DNA of 63,684 nucleotides, counting the filler, from Thraustochytrium aureum (taxonomy: Eukaryota): assembly GCA_012862495.1 (NCBI GenBank). It is 5 parts of 3 records of this genome, joined end to end, with 100 filler letters (N's around TTAATTAATTAA, not from the genome) between each part and the next. Parts side by side here need not be neighbours in the genome. Positions count along the whole stretch, not along the records: positions 1 to 18,236 come from BLSG01000299.1; positions 18,337 to 34,700 come from BLSG01000302.1; 3 more parts are not named here. One strand, written 5' to 3'. The notes beneath the pieces were generated by a model. It did not search any database. It was given only the letters and a program-made list of their open reading frames with translations, and was not told where the DNA came from. How positions within the stretch are numbered: the stretch's first letter is position 1; each line of letters starts with the position of its first letter. A program made the translations under genes and the position numbers. Positions 12,012 through 23,590 of the stretch are shown one piece after another.

Positions 12012-12476
12012 AAAAGGCTGTGGACTATAAACAGAACACGTGCAACACTTTGGGATTACTTCGGTACTGCGCTGTGTTCGGTGGGGCACGGAAACGGTAC
12101 TTTTGGGGATGGGCACGTTACTACCTAGTAGCTAGAGTAGAGACGCGACGAAGCAGACACCGAGGGAGCCCGAGTCGCTGGCTCCGTGCGTGGCCGTAGG
12201 CTGTGCGCCGCGCTGTTCCCGCCTGCCTGCCAACCCGCCTGCCTGCCAACCCGCCTGCCTGCCTGCCGACCTGCCTGCCTGCCTGCCTGTCTCTGGCCCG
12301 CCTGTCGCCCGGGCCTGGCTCGCCGCTGACGCAACTGCTTGCCTACCCGTCTGCCTCCCAGCACGCGCGCCGTGCTGGCGCGCAGGCTGGCGCACGCGGC
12401 TCGGCCCTGGTGATGGGAGAGAGCTGCTGCGAGGCCACAGAGGCTCGGGAGCTGGTGCTGCGCGAGCGAACGAGAC

Positions 12477-15400
12477 ATGGGCGGCGGCGCTTCGGTGGCT
12501 GTCGCACACGTCTTGGAAGCCGTCGAAAGCACCCATAGCGAACTTGCTCGCGAGCAGGATGCAGGCAACGCCATGTTTTTGGCTCTTGCAGCCTGCGAGA
12601 ATCTCGGCGTCGTCGAAGACAAGCTGCACGAGCTTGTTGCCTGCGGCGACACTTGCACGCTCAGGCACACGGCAAACAAAGTTGCCAACATCGGCCGCGC
12701 CGCCGGCGAACAGTCGCGCGAGTACGTGAGCTGCCTCAACATCGCCGCCAGCGTACTCCTATGCACCGGCGAGCAGCACGACCTAGCTGCGGCGGAGCAG
12801 CACATCACCACTGCATTTCACGTCTCGAGCGCCCTGAGCGGCCCCGGCGGCGAAGAGTACGCTCGCGCCCTCCTCAACTACTACTCGCTGCGTCGAGCGC
12901 AAGGCGCGGAGGGAGACGCGGCGTGGGCGCGCGCTTCGTTTGAGGCCCTCGTGGCCGCAAACGCACAGGCACCAGACCACGAGCGCTTCAGCGTCAAAGC
13001 GCTGCGCTACAAACTGCAAAACATCGCGATCGTCCACCGCGAGAACGCCGTGCATAGCGCAGCGGCAATCTTCGAAGAGCAAGAGCGGGATCTGCTCGGC
13101 CCGGATGAGGAGGCCACGATTGCGGGCTCCACCGTGATCGAGTCGCATCTCTCCGTTTGCGCTTCGGCGCCCATGCTGTATACCCCCTTCTCGACGGCTT
13201 CTACGCCGGCCTTCACTTTCACGCCCACCTCAATGAGCGGCAACGGGTACCCGCAAAGCAGCCGATTCGCAGACACCCCCATGTCGATCTACTCCTCGCC
13301 CGCGTTCTTCGTGGAGGAAGAGGACACCACCGCAGGGCATTCAAGTGAAATCGCGGCTGATCGTGAGCCGCAATACACTCATTCGGAGGCCGCCGCGGAC
13401 AGGGCAGCGCACGGCGCTGACGCTGCGCAAGGCCCTCCGCGACGAGTTGTCGCAGCTCCAGCAGCTGCTCTTTGACTTGGTCCTGAACGGGCCCGGGGCC
13501 GCAACGTCTGGTAGCGAAAGCCAGGCGCACCAGCTCGCCGGCCAGGCCGTCGCCGAGGCGCTAGCAAACTGCTCCGAACAGGATGCGCTCGACACGCTCA
13601 CGCGCAGCAACGCCCAAGGCGACACCCTCCTACTAGCTGCCTGCCGCGCCCAAAACGGGCCGGTCGCGCGCGCGATCCTCTCCTTTGGGCGAGAGGTGCG
13701 CCACAACCTTGACCTCACGCCGCAGCTCCTTGGAGCCAAAAACGCTGTCGGGCTCACGCCGCTGCATGTCGCATGCCACAGCAACCACGCCTCTTACGAA
13801 GTGGCCGACATCCTGCTCCAGGTTGGCGGTTCCTCCGCCTGCTTCGTGACCGATCGCAGCGGGTGCACCCCTCTGCACTATGCCGCTTCTGGAGGGCGGA
13901 GCGCGATCATCGCCCTGCTGCTCCTGCACGGCGCCTCGCCCCTGCAGCGCGACAGGCAGGGCTTCCTTCCCGTAGACTATTGCGACCCGACCGACCTCGA
14001 GTGCTTCAACCTGCTCTTCACGCCGCAAGAACCGGACGCCGAGGCGGACAGCCCCAAAGAGAAGCAAGACCCAAACGCCTGCTGGGAACGCCGTGTCGAC
14101 AGCCGCACGGGCGCGCCGTACTTTTACAACACGGTGTCGGGCGAAGTTGCCCTCACGATCACAGACGGCGCCGACAGCGACCGCGCCGATAGCGATATAC
14201 CGCGCTCGGACGAGCCGCGCTCGGACGAGCAACTCTTGGCAATCTTTAGCAAAGCGGTCTGGCGTGCCGGTCTCGCCGGCATGATCAAGGCGCGCAAGTC
14301 GCGCGCGGCGCTTCACGCCCTCGCCCAGGCAAAGGCCAAGCTGCACCTGCTCGAATTGGGCGAGGCAGAGCAGCGCTCCTTGCGACGGATCGTGGACTTC
14401 AAGAACAAGTCTGTGAAGGAGCTCCGTGAGGAGCTCGCGCAGGCTACCGGCGGCAGGCAAATCACCCAGGACCGCCTCGACGAGGNNNNNNNNNNNNNNN
14501 NNNNNNNNNNNNNNNNNNNNNNNNNNNNNNNNNNNNNNNNNNNNNNNNNNNNNNNNNNNNNNNNNNNNNNNNNNNNNNNNNNNNNNNNNNNNNNNNNNNN
14601 NNNNNNNNNNNNNNNNNNNNNNNNNNNNNNNNNNNNNNNNNNNNNNNNNNNNNNNNNNNNNNNNNNNNNNNNNNNNNNNNNNNNNGCTCGCCGGCGAACG
14701 GGCGCTTCGCATGCAGGAGCAAGAGCGCCTTGAACAAGAGCTGGCAAAGGCGCTCGAGCTGCAGCAACTGCACGCCAAGAGCGCCGCAGCGCGCTCGCAG
14801 ATGAGCGACGAGCAGGCCGACGAGCTGGCCGGCCAGCTCGCGCAAGAGCAGGCGCAGCGCTCCGGCCTTACGAGCGAACTCGCCACCGTGCGGCACAACA
14901 TCCTGGACCTCCAAGAGCGAGCCCATGGAACGCCTGGCCTGATCGACCATGAACTTGAAGCAAGGATTGCGGAGCTGGTTGCCAGCAAGTCCGGGCTCGA
15001 GCAAGCGCTCGAGCAGTGCTCGTCGCGGACCGCGCGCGTCGCGCAGCAGCTAGCGCGCGGACTGGAGAGCGATCACCTGAGCGGAGCGAAACGGGCGTGG
15101 GTCGAAGACCTCCTTGAGCGCGAAGAACGGCTCAGGCAAGAAGCGCTCTCGCGCGCCGCGCAGCTGGAAAAGGAGAACGAGCGCATCCAGCTCGCCAACG
15201 AAAAACTCGCCCAGGAAAAGCGCGCTATGGAAACCAAGTTGGCCGAGGAGCGCCGCCAGCTCGCGGAAGAGGCCCGCATGCGCGAGGAGCAACAAGAGCG
15301 CCTTCAGGCCGCTGAGCGCGAGATGGGCGAGCTCCACACCGCTCTGGACAAGAAAAGGAGGAGCGGGAGCGGGGCCAAGGCCGAGCTGGCGCGGATCCAG

Positions 15401-18148
15401 CGCGAGATGCAGATGCTCTCCAAAGAGCGGCTCGAAGACGCCAAGATGCTGGCCCGCCAAGAGCAGGACGCCCTCAACCGCGTCAACGCGGCTGACGCCG
15501 AGTTTTCTTCCCTGCAGGCAGAGCTGGACAAGGCCCAGCAGGCGCGCGACGCGGCCGCGTCTGAGCTGGCTGCGCTGCAAGCCAAGCTCGAGGAGGAGCG
15601 GCGGTACCGAGAAAAGGCGACCTCGGCGCTGGACGGCATGTCCAAGCGGCTCCAGTCCGCCAACCAAGAGCTGTCCATGCTGATGAAGCACCTTGAGAAC
15701 GAGCAAAAGCAGCGCGAGCGAGCTGCCAGCGAGCTCGGGTCTGTGCAGGCCGAGATGGAGCGCCTGCAGCAGAGCCACAAGCAAAACCTCGGCCAGAGCG
15801 CCGAGCAGGCCCGGCTGGCCGCGCAGCGCGCCAAGGAGCTCGCCAGACGCGAGGAGCGCCTCGCGCACGAACTGTCAAACTCGGAAGCAGATATTTCCCG
15901 CTTGAACCGCGAGCTCATGATGGCCAACTACCGGTCCGCCGAGGCCGCCGAGGAGCTGGACTCGCTCAAGCAGCGCTTCGAGCAGGAGCGCGAGCTGCGC
16001 CTCGACACGAGCTCGCAGCTCTCCTCTGCCAAGGCGCGCCTCAAAGCCCTCGAGGACGAGCGGCGCCTCGAGGCCGTCAAGTGGAGTATGGAGCGAAGCA
16101 AGAACGAGCGCGACAAGGTCGAGCTCGAGCAGCAGTACAATGCGCTCCGCGCCAAGCTCGAGGCAGAGGAGAAGGATCGCGAACGTCGTATGCGCGACCT
16201 GGACGACCTCCAGCGCGTCATGCAGGAGCGCGACGCCAAGCTCCGCGAGGAGAAAAAGCGCATCGCGGCCGCGGCTCGAGCGCGAGCAGAAAAGTCGACC
16301 GAGGCGGAGCGCGAGCTCGACCGCCTGCGCGCCGAACTCGAGGCGGAGCGCGCAGCTCGAGCTGCACGGGACGCCGAGTTGGCGCAGCTCCGCGAGAAGG
16401 ACGCTGACCGGCTTGAAGAAGAAAAGGCCGACTTGCTCCGCTTGCTCAAGCGCGAGCAAGACAGGCGCCAAGAGGCCCTCGACGAGCTGCAAACCTCCAA
16501 AGAGCGCCTCAAGGCTGAGGCCCTCGAAAAGCAGCGCGCCCGCGACGAGGAGCTTGGGGTATTGCAGGCCAAACTGCGCGCCGAGGCAGAAGAGCGTGCA
16601 AGGCACCAGGCCGAGCTGGACCGCGTCAAGGGCGACATGGATGCGCTTCGTGAGCGCAGCGAAGAGCAGGCCGGTCAGACCGCGGAGGAGGCAGCGCGAG
16701 CAGCCGAGTTGGCTGCAAAGGAGGGCCGAGCTGAGCCGCCGCATGCGCGAGATGGAGGAGCACATGGCTCGGCTCGAGAGTGNNNNNNNNNNNNNNNNNN
16801 NNNNNNNNNNNNNNNNNNNNNNNNNNNNNNNNNNNNNNNNNNNNNNNNNNNNNNNNNNNNNNNNNNNNNNNNNNNNNNNNNNNNNNNNNNNNNNNNNNNN
16901 NNNNNNNNNNNNNNNNNNNNNNNNNNNNNNNNNNNNNNNNNNNNNNNNNNNNNNNNNNNNNNNNNNNNNNNNNNNNNNNNNNNNNNNNNNNNNNNNNAGC
17001 TGGAGCACCCGGAGGAGGCCGGCAAGCGCAAGAAGGACGACGTGGAGTTCGCCTTTGACGTCTGCTTTGGCCCAGAGAAGACGCAGGCAGACGTTTTCGG
17101 GGACTCGAAACGGCTCATCCAGGTCGCCCTGGACGGGTACAACGTCTGCGTGTTTGCATATGGGCAGACCGGGAGCGGCAAGACGTTTACGCTGATGGGG
17201 CCTGACAATCAAGCCTCGGGCCTCGAGCCCGGCGAAGAAGCGCAGGCTGAAAGCACGCACGCCACGGATCCGGCTGACCACGCTGGGATAGCCACGCGGA
17301 GCATCCATGAATTGTTCCGCCTCATGGAGCGCGACAAGGAGCGCTTTGATTTTGCGGTATCCATGTATATCATCGAGTTGTACAAGGAGGAAATGATTGA
17401 CCTGCAGTACGATGGGGCTGACGCGCCGCCCGCCCTCGCGGTGCACTTGGACCAGAACGGCGTGGTTTACGTCGACAATATTACGCAGCGGACCGTTACA
17501 AATGTGGCCGAGACGCTCGCGGCCCTGCGCGCTGCGTTCGCGAAGCGCCGTGTTACAGCGACGAAGATGAACAGCCACTCCAGTCGGTCCCACCTCGTTT
17601 GCAGCCTGATGATCAAAGCTACCGCGAGGAAATCGGGTGTAATGACCAACGGCAAGCTCACCCTCGTCGACTTGGCGGGCAGCGAGCGCGCATCGAAAAC
17701 AGGCGCCACCGGAGACACGCTCAAGGAGGCGCAGTCAATCAACAAGAGCCTGCTGGCACTCGGGGATGTGATTCAGGCGCTCACAACTGGTGCCAAGCAC
17801 GTGCCGTACCGCAACCACCCGCTGACGCAGCTCATGGCAGATTCCATCGGAGGCAACGCCAAGACGCTCATGTTTGTAAACGTGTCGCCAGCCTCGTACA
17901 ACTCGACAGAGACCAAGGAGTCCTTGCGCTGGGCAACGCGCGTCAAGCAGGTCACCAACGCTGCCGCCACGAAGAACACCGAGACCGTGCAGGTCCGCGC
18001 GTTGCGCGAGCAGCTTGACAAGCTCAAGCGCGCACAGCGGGTAGCAGGAGCTATTGCCCCGTCGGCGGGGCAGGTGGAGGCCCCGATGACCTCGCTGCGT
18101 CGGCCTGGCCCTGCGCCAAAGCGGCAGCAGGCCCAGGCCTCCTCCTAG
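12477..18148 (+). CDS. Large C-terminal-motor kinesin-14 (KCBP-like motor) with TPR-like region, ankyrin repeats, WW domain and long coiled coil; frameshifts near 13400 and 16720, two N gaps
   Basis: Motor motifs DGYNVCVFAYGQTGSGKT, NSHSSRSH, LVDLAGSER, HVPYRNHPLTQLMADSIGGNAKTLMFVNVSP. Ankyrin motifs GDTLLLAAC, GLTPLHVAC, GCTPLHYAA. WW-like WERRVDSRTGAPYFYNTVSGE. A single gene across the gaps is inferred. Confidence 0.8.
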
Positions 18149-18158
18149 TTCGGCCTAC

Positions 18159-18236
18159 TTGTTCACAGAGGTGAATCGGCGTGTGGTTGTTCACAGAGGC
18201 GAATTGGCTCGTGGTTGTTCACCGAGGCGAATCGGC
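18159..18236. repeat. 28-bp tandem repeat, 3 copies, cut by the contig end
   Basis: TTGTTCACAGAGGYGAATYGGC units start at 18159, 18187 and 18215. Confidence 0.85.
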
Positions 18237-18336
18237 NNNNNNNNNNNNNNNNNNNNNNNNNNNNNNNNNNNNNNNNNNNNTTAATTAATTAANNNNNNNN
18301 NNNNNNNNNNNNNNNNNNNNNNNNNNNNNNNNNNNN
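18237..18336. other. Artificial contig linker (N44-TTAATTAATTAA-N44)
   Basis: Six-frame-stop 12-mer at 18281-18292 inside a 100-nt spacer, identical at four sites in the window. Confidence 0.95.
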
Positions 18337-18426
18337 CAACGACAGCAAGAATGAAAGAAAACGGAAGTCGACACATCATCATGCTTTCGTTCTTGCACCG
18401 AGCCGGCCGCGAGAGGCGGTGGCCCG

Positions 18427-19398
18427 TCAGTCTTGCAAGGACTCCCACTGCGCAAAGTTGGGGCGGCGCTTCTCCGCGACGCCCTCGACCCCGTCGCGCA
18501 GGTCCGCCGTCGCATAGCACTGCGACTGCGCGTCGGCCTCACGCCAGAGCGCGCGCTCGAGCCCCTCGTCCTGGGCCATGCGGAGGGAACGCACGCAGGT
18601 CCGCACGGCCACGGGGCCCGCGGACGCCATTTTTGCCGCGAGGGCGACGGCGCCCTCCACGGTGGCTTCTGGCGAGTCGAACGTGTCGCAGACGAGCCCG
18701 ATCGCTTTTGCGCGGTCCCCGGAGATGACCTCGCCGGTCAACAAGAGCTTGGCGGCCTCCTGCGGGCCCACGATCTTTGGCAGGAAGCTGCGCCGCGAGC
18801 GGGAAGAGTTGGGGTCAGGCGGCGCCGAGCGCATCAGTGCCAGCCACGAACCTTCACAATCCAACAGCCACACTTACAAGGTCGATCCCATACCAGGGTG
18901 CAGTCCGAGCTGCGTAAAGGTGACGCCGAGCTTGGCGCCGGAATAGGCGACGCGCAAGTCGCAGGCCAGGGCAACGCACAGTCCCGCCCCGATCGCCGGC
19001 CCGTTCAGCGCGGCCACAACAGGCACGGGTATCTCGCGCACGGACAGGAAGCGCTGGTAGAACCTGCGCATAATCACCGCGTTGCGCGAGGGCGTGTCCT
19101 CCGACCTCGCTCGCAGAAAGTCGAGGTCGCCTCCAGCCGAGAACGCCCTGCCCGCGCCAGTCAGCACGACGGCGCCGAGTCCGTCTGCAGCTTCCCGCGA
19201 GAGTTGGTGTACGACCGTCGCAAACTCGTCGCCCATTTCAGCGGTCAGCGCGTTCAGCCTCTTCGGATCCTTGAGGGTCACGACGGCCACTTTGCCATTC
19301 TCGGTGCGCTCCAGCTCAACCCAGGTCGACAACGCCCGAGTTGCCTCGCGTCCACGACGTTTTAGCCGGCGCGTCAACATTCCGACCACCGCAGCCAT
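18427..19398 (-). CDS. Enoyl-CoA hydratase/isomerase (crotonase family), probably mitochondrial; intron 18877-18788
   Basis: KRLNALTAEM, VVLTGAGRAFSAGGDL, PVVAALNGPAIGAGLCVALACDLR, GLHPGMGST|FFLPKIVG. The 90-nt GTAAGT...CAG intron restores frame. Arg-rich N-terminus. Confidence 0.92.
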
Positions 19399-20711
19399 CT
19401 CGAGACACAGCCGACCTCCAACCGCGCGTCCTCCAAGTGCCAGTACAGCTCCTGCAGCTGCTCCTTCTGCTGCTGCTGCTCCTGCAGCTGCTCCTTCTGC
19501 TCCTTCTGCTGCTTCGGCGGCGGCTGTTCGTTGTGTCTGTTGGGCGCGCAAAGATACAAAAACGAAGCCGCCAGAGGAGGTCGAGGTCCGGCCAACTCTC
19601 GCTTGCTCCGCCGGCAGCAGCTGCGGCGGCTAGCTGCAGGCGCGGCGGCGGCAGCGGGCAGTCCTGGTCGAGGCCGTTCGCTTTACTTGCCGTTTGCTGC
19701 GCTCGATTTCTATCTGGAGGCAAGCNNNNNNNNNNNNNNNNNNNNNNNNNNNNNNNNNNNNNNNNNNNNNNNNNNNNNNNNNNNNNNNNNNNNNNNNNNN
19801 NNNNNNNNNNNNNNNNNNNNNNNNNNNNNNNNNNNNNNNNNNNNNNNNNNNNNNNNNNNNNNNNNNNNNNNNNNNNNNNNNNNNNNNNNNNNNNNNNNNN
19901 NNNNNNNNNNNNNNNNNNNNNNNNNNNNNNNNNNNNNNNNNNNNNNNNNNNNNNNNNNNNNNNNNNNNNNNNNNNNNNNNNNNNNNNNNNNNNNNNNNNN
20001 NNNNNNNNNNNNNNNNNNNNNNNNNNNNNNNNNNNNNNNNNNNNNNNNNNNNNNNNNNNNNNNNNNNNNNNNNNNNNNNNNNNNNNNNNNNNNNNNNNNN
20101 NNNNNNNNNNNNNNNNNNNNNNNNNNNNNNNNNNNNNNNNNNNNNNNNNNNNNNNNNNNNNNNNNNNNNNNNNNNNNNNNNNNNNNNNNNNNNNNNNNNN
20201 NNNNNNNNNNNNNNNNNNNNNNNNNNNNNNNNNNNNNNNNNNNNNNNNNNNNNNNNNNNNNNNNNNNNNNNNNNNNNNNNNNNNNNNNNNNNNNNNNNNN
20301 NNNNNNNNNNNNNNNNNNNNNNNNNNNNNNNNNNNNNNNNNNNNNNNNNNNNNNNNNNNNNNNNNNNNNNNNNNNNNNNNNNNNNNNNNNNNNNNNNNNN
20401 NNNNNNNNNNNNNNNNNNNNNNNNNNNNNNNNNNNNNNNNNNNNNNNNNNNNNNNNNNNNNNNNNNNNNNNNNNNNNNNNNNNNNNNNNNNNNNNNNNNN
20501 NNNNNNNNNNNNNNNNNNNNNNNNNNNNNNNNNNNNNNNNNNNNNNNNNNNNNNNNNNNNNNNNNNNNNNNNNNNNNNNNNNNNNNNNNNNNNNNNNNNN
20601 NNNNNNNNNNNNNNNNNNNNNNNNNNNNNNNNNNNNNNNNNNNNNNNNNNNNNNNNNNNNNNNNNNNNNNNNNNNNNNNNNNNNNNNNNNNNNNNNNNNN
20701 NNNNNNNNNNN

Positions 20712-22173
20712 GTGCAAGTCGTCCGGATTCGGGCCAGTGAAGAGCTCTGCCGAGGAGCCGCGGTTCCTGGAGATGATCAAGCTCTTCTTCGACCGCGCGG
20801 CGCGATACACGGAAATCGACCCGGGCATGCTAGAGTACATGCGCGGCTCGCACGCCGTGTATCGGGTGAGCTTTCCCTTTCGGCGCGAGGACGGGACTAT
20901 CGAGGTCATCATGGGCTACCGCGCGCACCACAACTCGCACTGCACGCCGCTCAAGGGCGGGATCCGGTTTTCCGAGTCGGTCGACCTGCAGGAGATTGAG
21001 GCGCTGGCCGCCCTGATGACGTTCAAGTGCGCAGTGGCCAACGTGCCCTTCGGAGGCGCCAAGGGCGGGGTCCGCATCGACCCGCACGACTACACGGTGG
21101 AGGAGTTGGAGCGCATTACGCGGCGGTTTACGTGCGAGCTCGCTTCGAGCGGCTTCCTGGGCCCCTCCGTGGACGTGCCCGCGCCCGACCTCGGCACTGG
21201 GCCCAAGGAGATGAGCTGGATTGCGGACACGTATGCCTCGATCTACGGCGACAACGACGTCAACGCGTTTGCCTGCGTGACTGGCAAGCCGCCCGAGTTT
21301 GGCGGCATCCAGGGCCGTTTGGACGCGACGGGGCTCGGCGTCTACCTGGGGATCAACGAGTTTATGAAGCAAGAGGACCTCATGCGACGCGCGGGCCTCG
21401 AGCCGGGGCTTGCCGGCAAGTCGTTTGTGATCCAGGGCTTTGGAAACGTGGGCTTCCACGCGGCGAGCAACATTTTCGCGAACGGGGGCCGCATCGTGGC
21501 CGTCTCGGAGATGAACGGCGGTGTCTACTCGTCGGCGGGACTCAATCCCGAGGAGCTGTTGAACTACGTCAAGGAGAACGACACCCTGCGCGGGTTTCCC
21601 GGGGCCGAGCACGAGTTTCGCGCGGGAGAGGTGGGCCAGATGCTCGAGCTCGAGTGCGACGTCCTGGTGCCGGCTGCCTTTCAAAAGCAGATCACGCAGG
21701 AGAACGCGCGACGGATCCGAGCCAAGATGATCTGCGAGGCCGCCAACGGGCCGGTCACGCCCTACGCGGAGGACATTCTGGAGAAGAACGGCGTGGTGAT
21801 CGTTCCCGACCTGATTCTCAACGCTGGCGGCGTCACGGTCTCGTACTTTGAGTGGATCAAGAACCTCTCGCACGTGCGCTTTGGCCGCCTGACGCGCAAG
21901 TGGGAGGAGCAGAGCAAAGAGCTCATGCTCGACTCGATGATGTTTGGCGACAGCACCATCTCTGTTGACGCCAAGCGCCGGCTGGAGATCATCAAGGGCC
22001 CTTCGGAGCGAGACATTGTCTACTCTGGCCTGGAGGAAACGATGGCCAACGCTTGCGAAGAAACCATGTACCGCTCTAAAAAGCTGGGCTCCAACCTGCG
22101 CATCGCGGCGTATGTGAACGCGCTGCACAAGATCCAGAAGAACGTCGACTCTGCTGGATACATTTTTTCCTAG
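20712..22173 (+). CDS. GLUD1: Glutamate dehydrogenase, animal/ciliate-type with antenna; 5' end in gap
   Basis: TPLKGGIRF, PFGGAKGG, DVPAPDLGT, IQGFGNVG, CEAANGP, NAGGVTVSYFEWIKNLSHVRFGRL, SERDIVYSGL. Confidence 0.96.
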
Positions 22174-22175
22174 AG

Positions 22176-22258
22176 CCCGCGCGGCCTGCGCCGACCGGGA
22201 TCTCTTGCGGTTTCCCGCGCGGCCTGCGCCGACCGGGATCTCTTGCGGTTTCCCGCGC
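22176..22258. repeat. 38-bp perfect tandem duplication just after the GDH stop codon
   Basis: cccgcgcggcctgcgccgaccgggatctcttgcggttt twice, plus a partial third copy. Confidence 0.9.
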
Positions 22259-22429
22259 AGGCGCGAAATGACCGCCGCCGCCGCCCTCCTGTTGCTGATA
22301 GGATGACAACCAACGAAAGAGTGGTCAACTTGGTAACCCGGTCGGTCGCTACGAGCGCGCGTATGGCTTCCTAACAAGGTGCAGCGCGGCGCGACTCGGG
22401 AAGACTTTATCAACACGACGAAACAATAC

Positions 22430-23590
22430 TTAGCTTGCAAACCAAGTCGTCGCTTTGGAGTCCTCATGTTGTGGCGGCGGCGGCGGGTTGGCTCCTGCGC
22501 CCCCGTTGTGGCGGATCCAGGACGAGTCGCCGGCGCCGCGTTGGCTCTGGTAGACGCGTCGCGAGCCCAAGGCGCCAACCGCTCCAGCGAGGTCCACGCC
22601 CGCGCGCGTCGAGAGCGGAGGCGAGTGGGCCAGACTCAACACAAAGGCCAACAGAGAGACAAACGAGCAGACAAACATGGCCACCACCCCGAGGTTGCCG
22701 GCGTAGCCTGCCACAAGCAAGCCCATGGTCAGGTGCCAGAGGCAGACGCGCGTCCAGGACGCCGTCAAGGCGAAAAACCGAGAAGCAGAGAGCTGGATTG
22801 CGACGCTGATGGCGCCCATCACGAGCGGGGTAAAGGTGCCGATAAAGGCGGTCGGCGCCAGAGTGAAGAAGCCGCCCCAGCGGCCCATGCCGACGCCGTT
22901 GATGTCGTCGGCAAAGCCCGAGTCGCCGACGGCCCAAAAGAGGCCTGGCCCAAAGCAGTCCCGGATAGCCGAGTCGCAGGGGTTTGGCAGCCGGTCGAGG
23001 ACGGCTACGACGCCCGTGCTAAACGTGAGGAGGGCAGCTGCGGCTGCGGCCAGCAGCGCAAAGGCGGCCACCGCACCGAGCCCCTGTGCGTCGTAGCCCT
23101 GCAGCGCGCGGATCTGAATGCCCAGGCAGGTCGGCGCCCCTTCGTACTGGATCTCGATCATGGCAGCAAGCAGCGCGTTAAAGCTCGTCAAGAGCCCAAC
23201 GAGGATGCCAAACTGGCCGGCGTAGCCAAAGTTGCAAAACAGGGCCACAAAGACGCTCCAGAGGCAGACCCGCCCCCAGTTGGCGCAAATCGCGTTCCAG
23301 CGCACGTCGGGTGAAACGTGTATCGCCAGCGTCATCCACCCAAACAGCACGGGCGACCAGTTGAAGAAGAACAGGTCGGGGACAAGAGTGAACACCGTCC
23401 GCCAGGCCACGTTCGAGTCGTCCGTAAAGTCTGCCCCTTGCCCGTTCCACACCAGCGCGGGCCCAACGCACGTGGTGGCCTCCGCATCGCACCATTGCCC
23501 CACCTGGCGCCCCACATGCACGAGCCCCACTGCGAGGGTGAGCGACCCGCTCGCCAAGCTCGTCCAGAGCCCAGCAGAGACGAGCGCCAT
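22430..23590 (-). CDS. Hypothetical multi-pass membrane protein made of two homologous halves
   Basis: Long hydrophobic ORF. The halves share C-x6-C-x-GP-x-L-x-W, W-x3-FTL-x-P, W-x-RVCLW and GYAG-x2-G. Confidence 0.8.
   Translation of the reverse strand: MALVSAGLWTSLASGSLTLAVGLVHVGRQVGQWCDAEATTCVGPALVWNGQGADFTDDSNVAWRTVFTLVPDLFFFNWSPVLFGWMTLAIHVSPDVRWNAICANWGRVCLWSVFVALFCNFGYAGQFGILVGLLTSFNALLAAMIEIQYEGAPTCLGIQIRALQGYDAQGLGAVAAFALLAAAAAALLTFSTGVVAVLDRLPNPCDSAIRDCFGPGLFWAVGDSGFADDINGVGMGRWGGFFTLAPTAFIGTFTPLVMGAISVAIQLSASRFFALTASWTRVCLWHLTMGLLVAGYAGNLGVVAMFVCSFVSLLAFVLSLAHSPPLSTRAGVDLAGAVGALGSRRVYQSQRGAGDSSWIRHNGGAGANPPPPPQHEDSKATTWFAS

Noticed and set aside
15050..17593. Long antisense ORFs over the kinesin (and similarly over GDH, GCP3 and PP2A-A)
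   Set aside because: Shadow frames caused by strong GC3 codon bias.
18159..18236. 28-bp repeats with an internal hairpin, superficially CRISPR-like
   Set aside because: Head-to-tail with no unique spacers, no cas genes, eukaryotic context.
18281..18292. TTAATTAATTAA as a piggyBac TTAA target or regulatory motif
   Set aside because: Always centred in a 100-nt N spacer, so it is an assembly linker.
19374..19595. Q-rich ORF upstream of the enoyl-CoA hydratase
   Set aside because: Generated by a CTG-rich simple repeat, with no other coding evidence.
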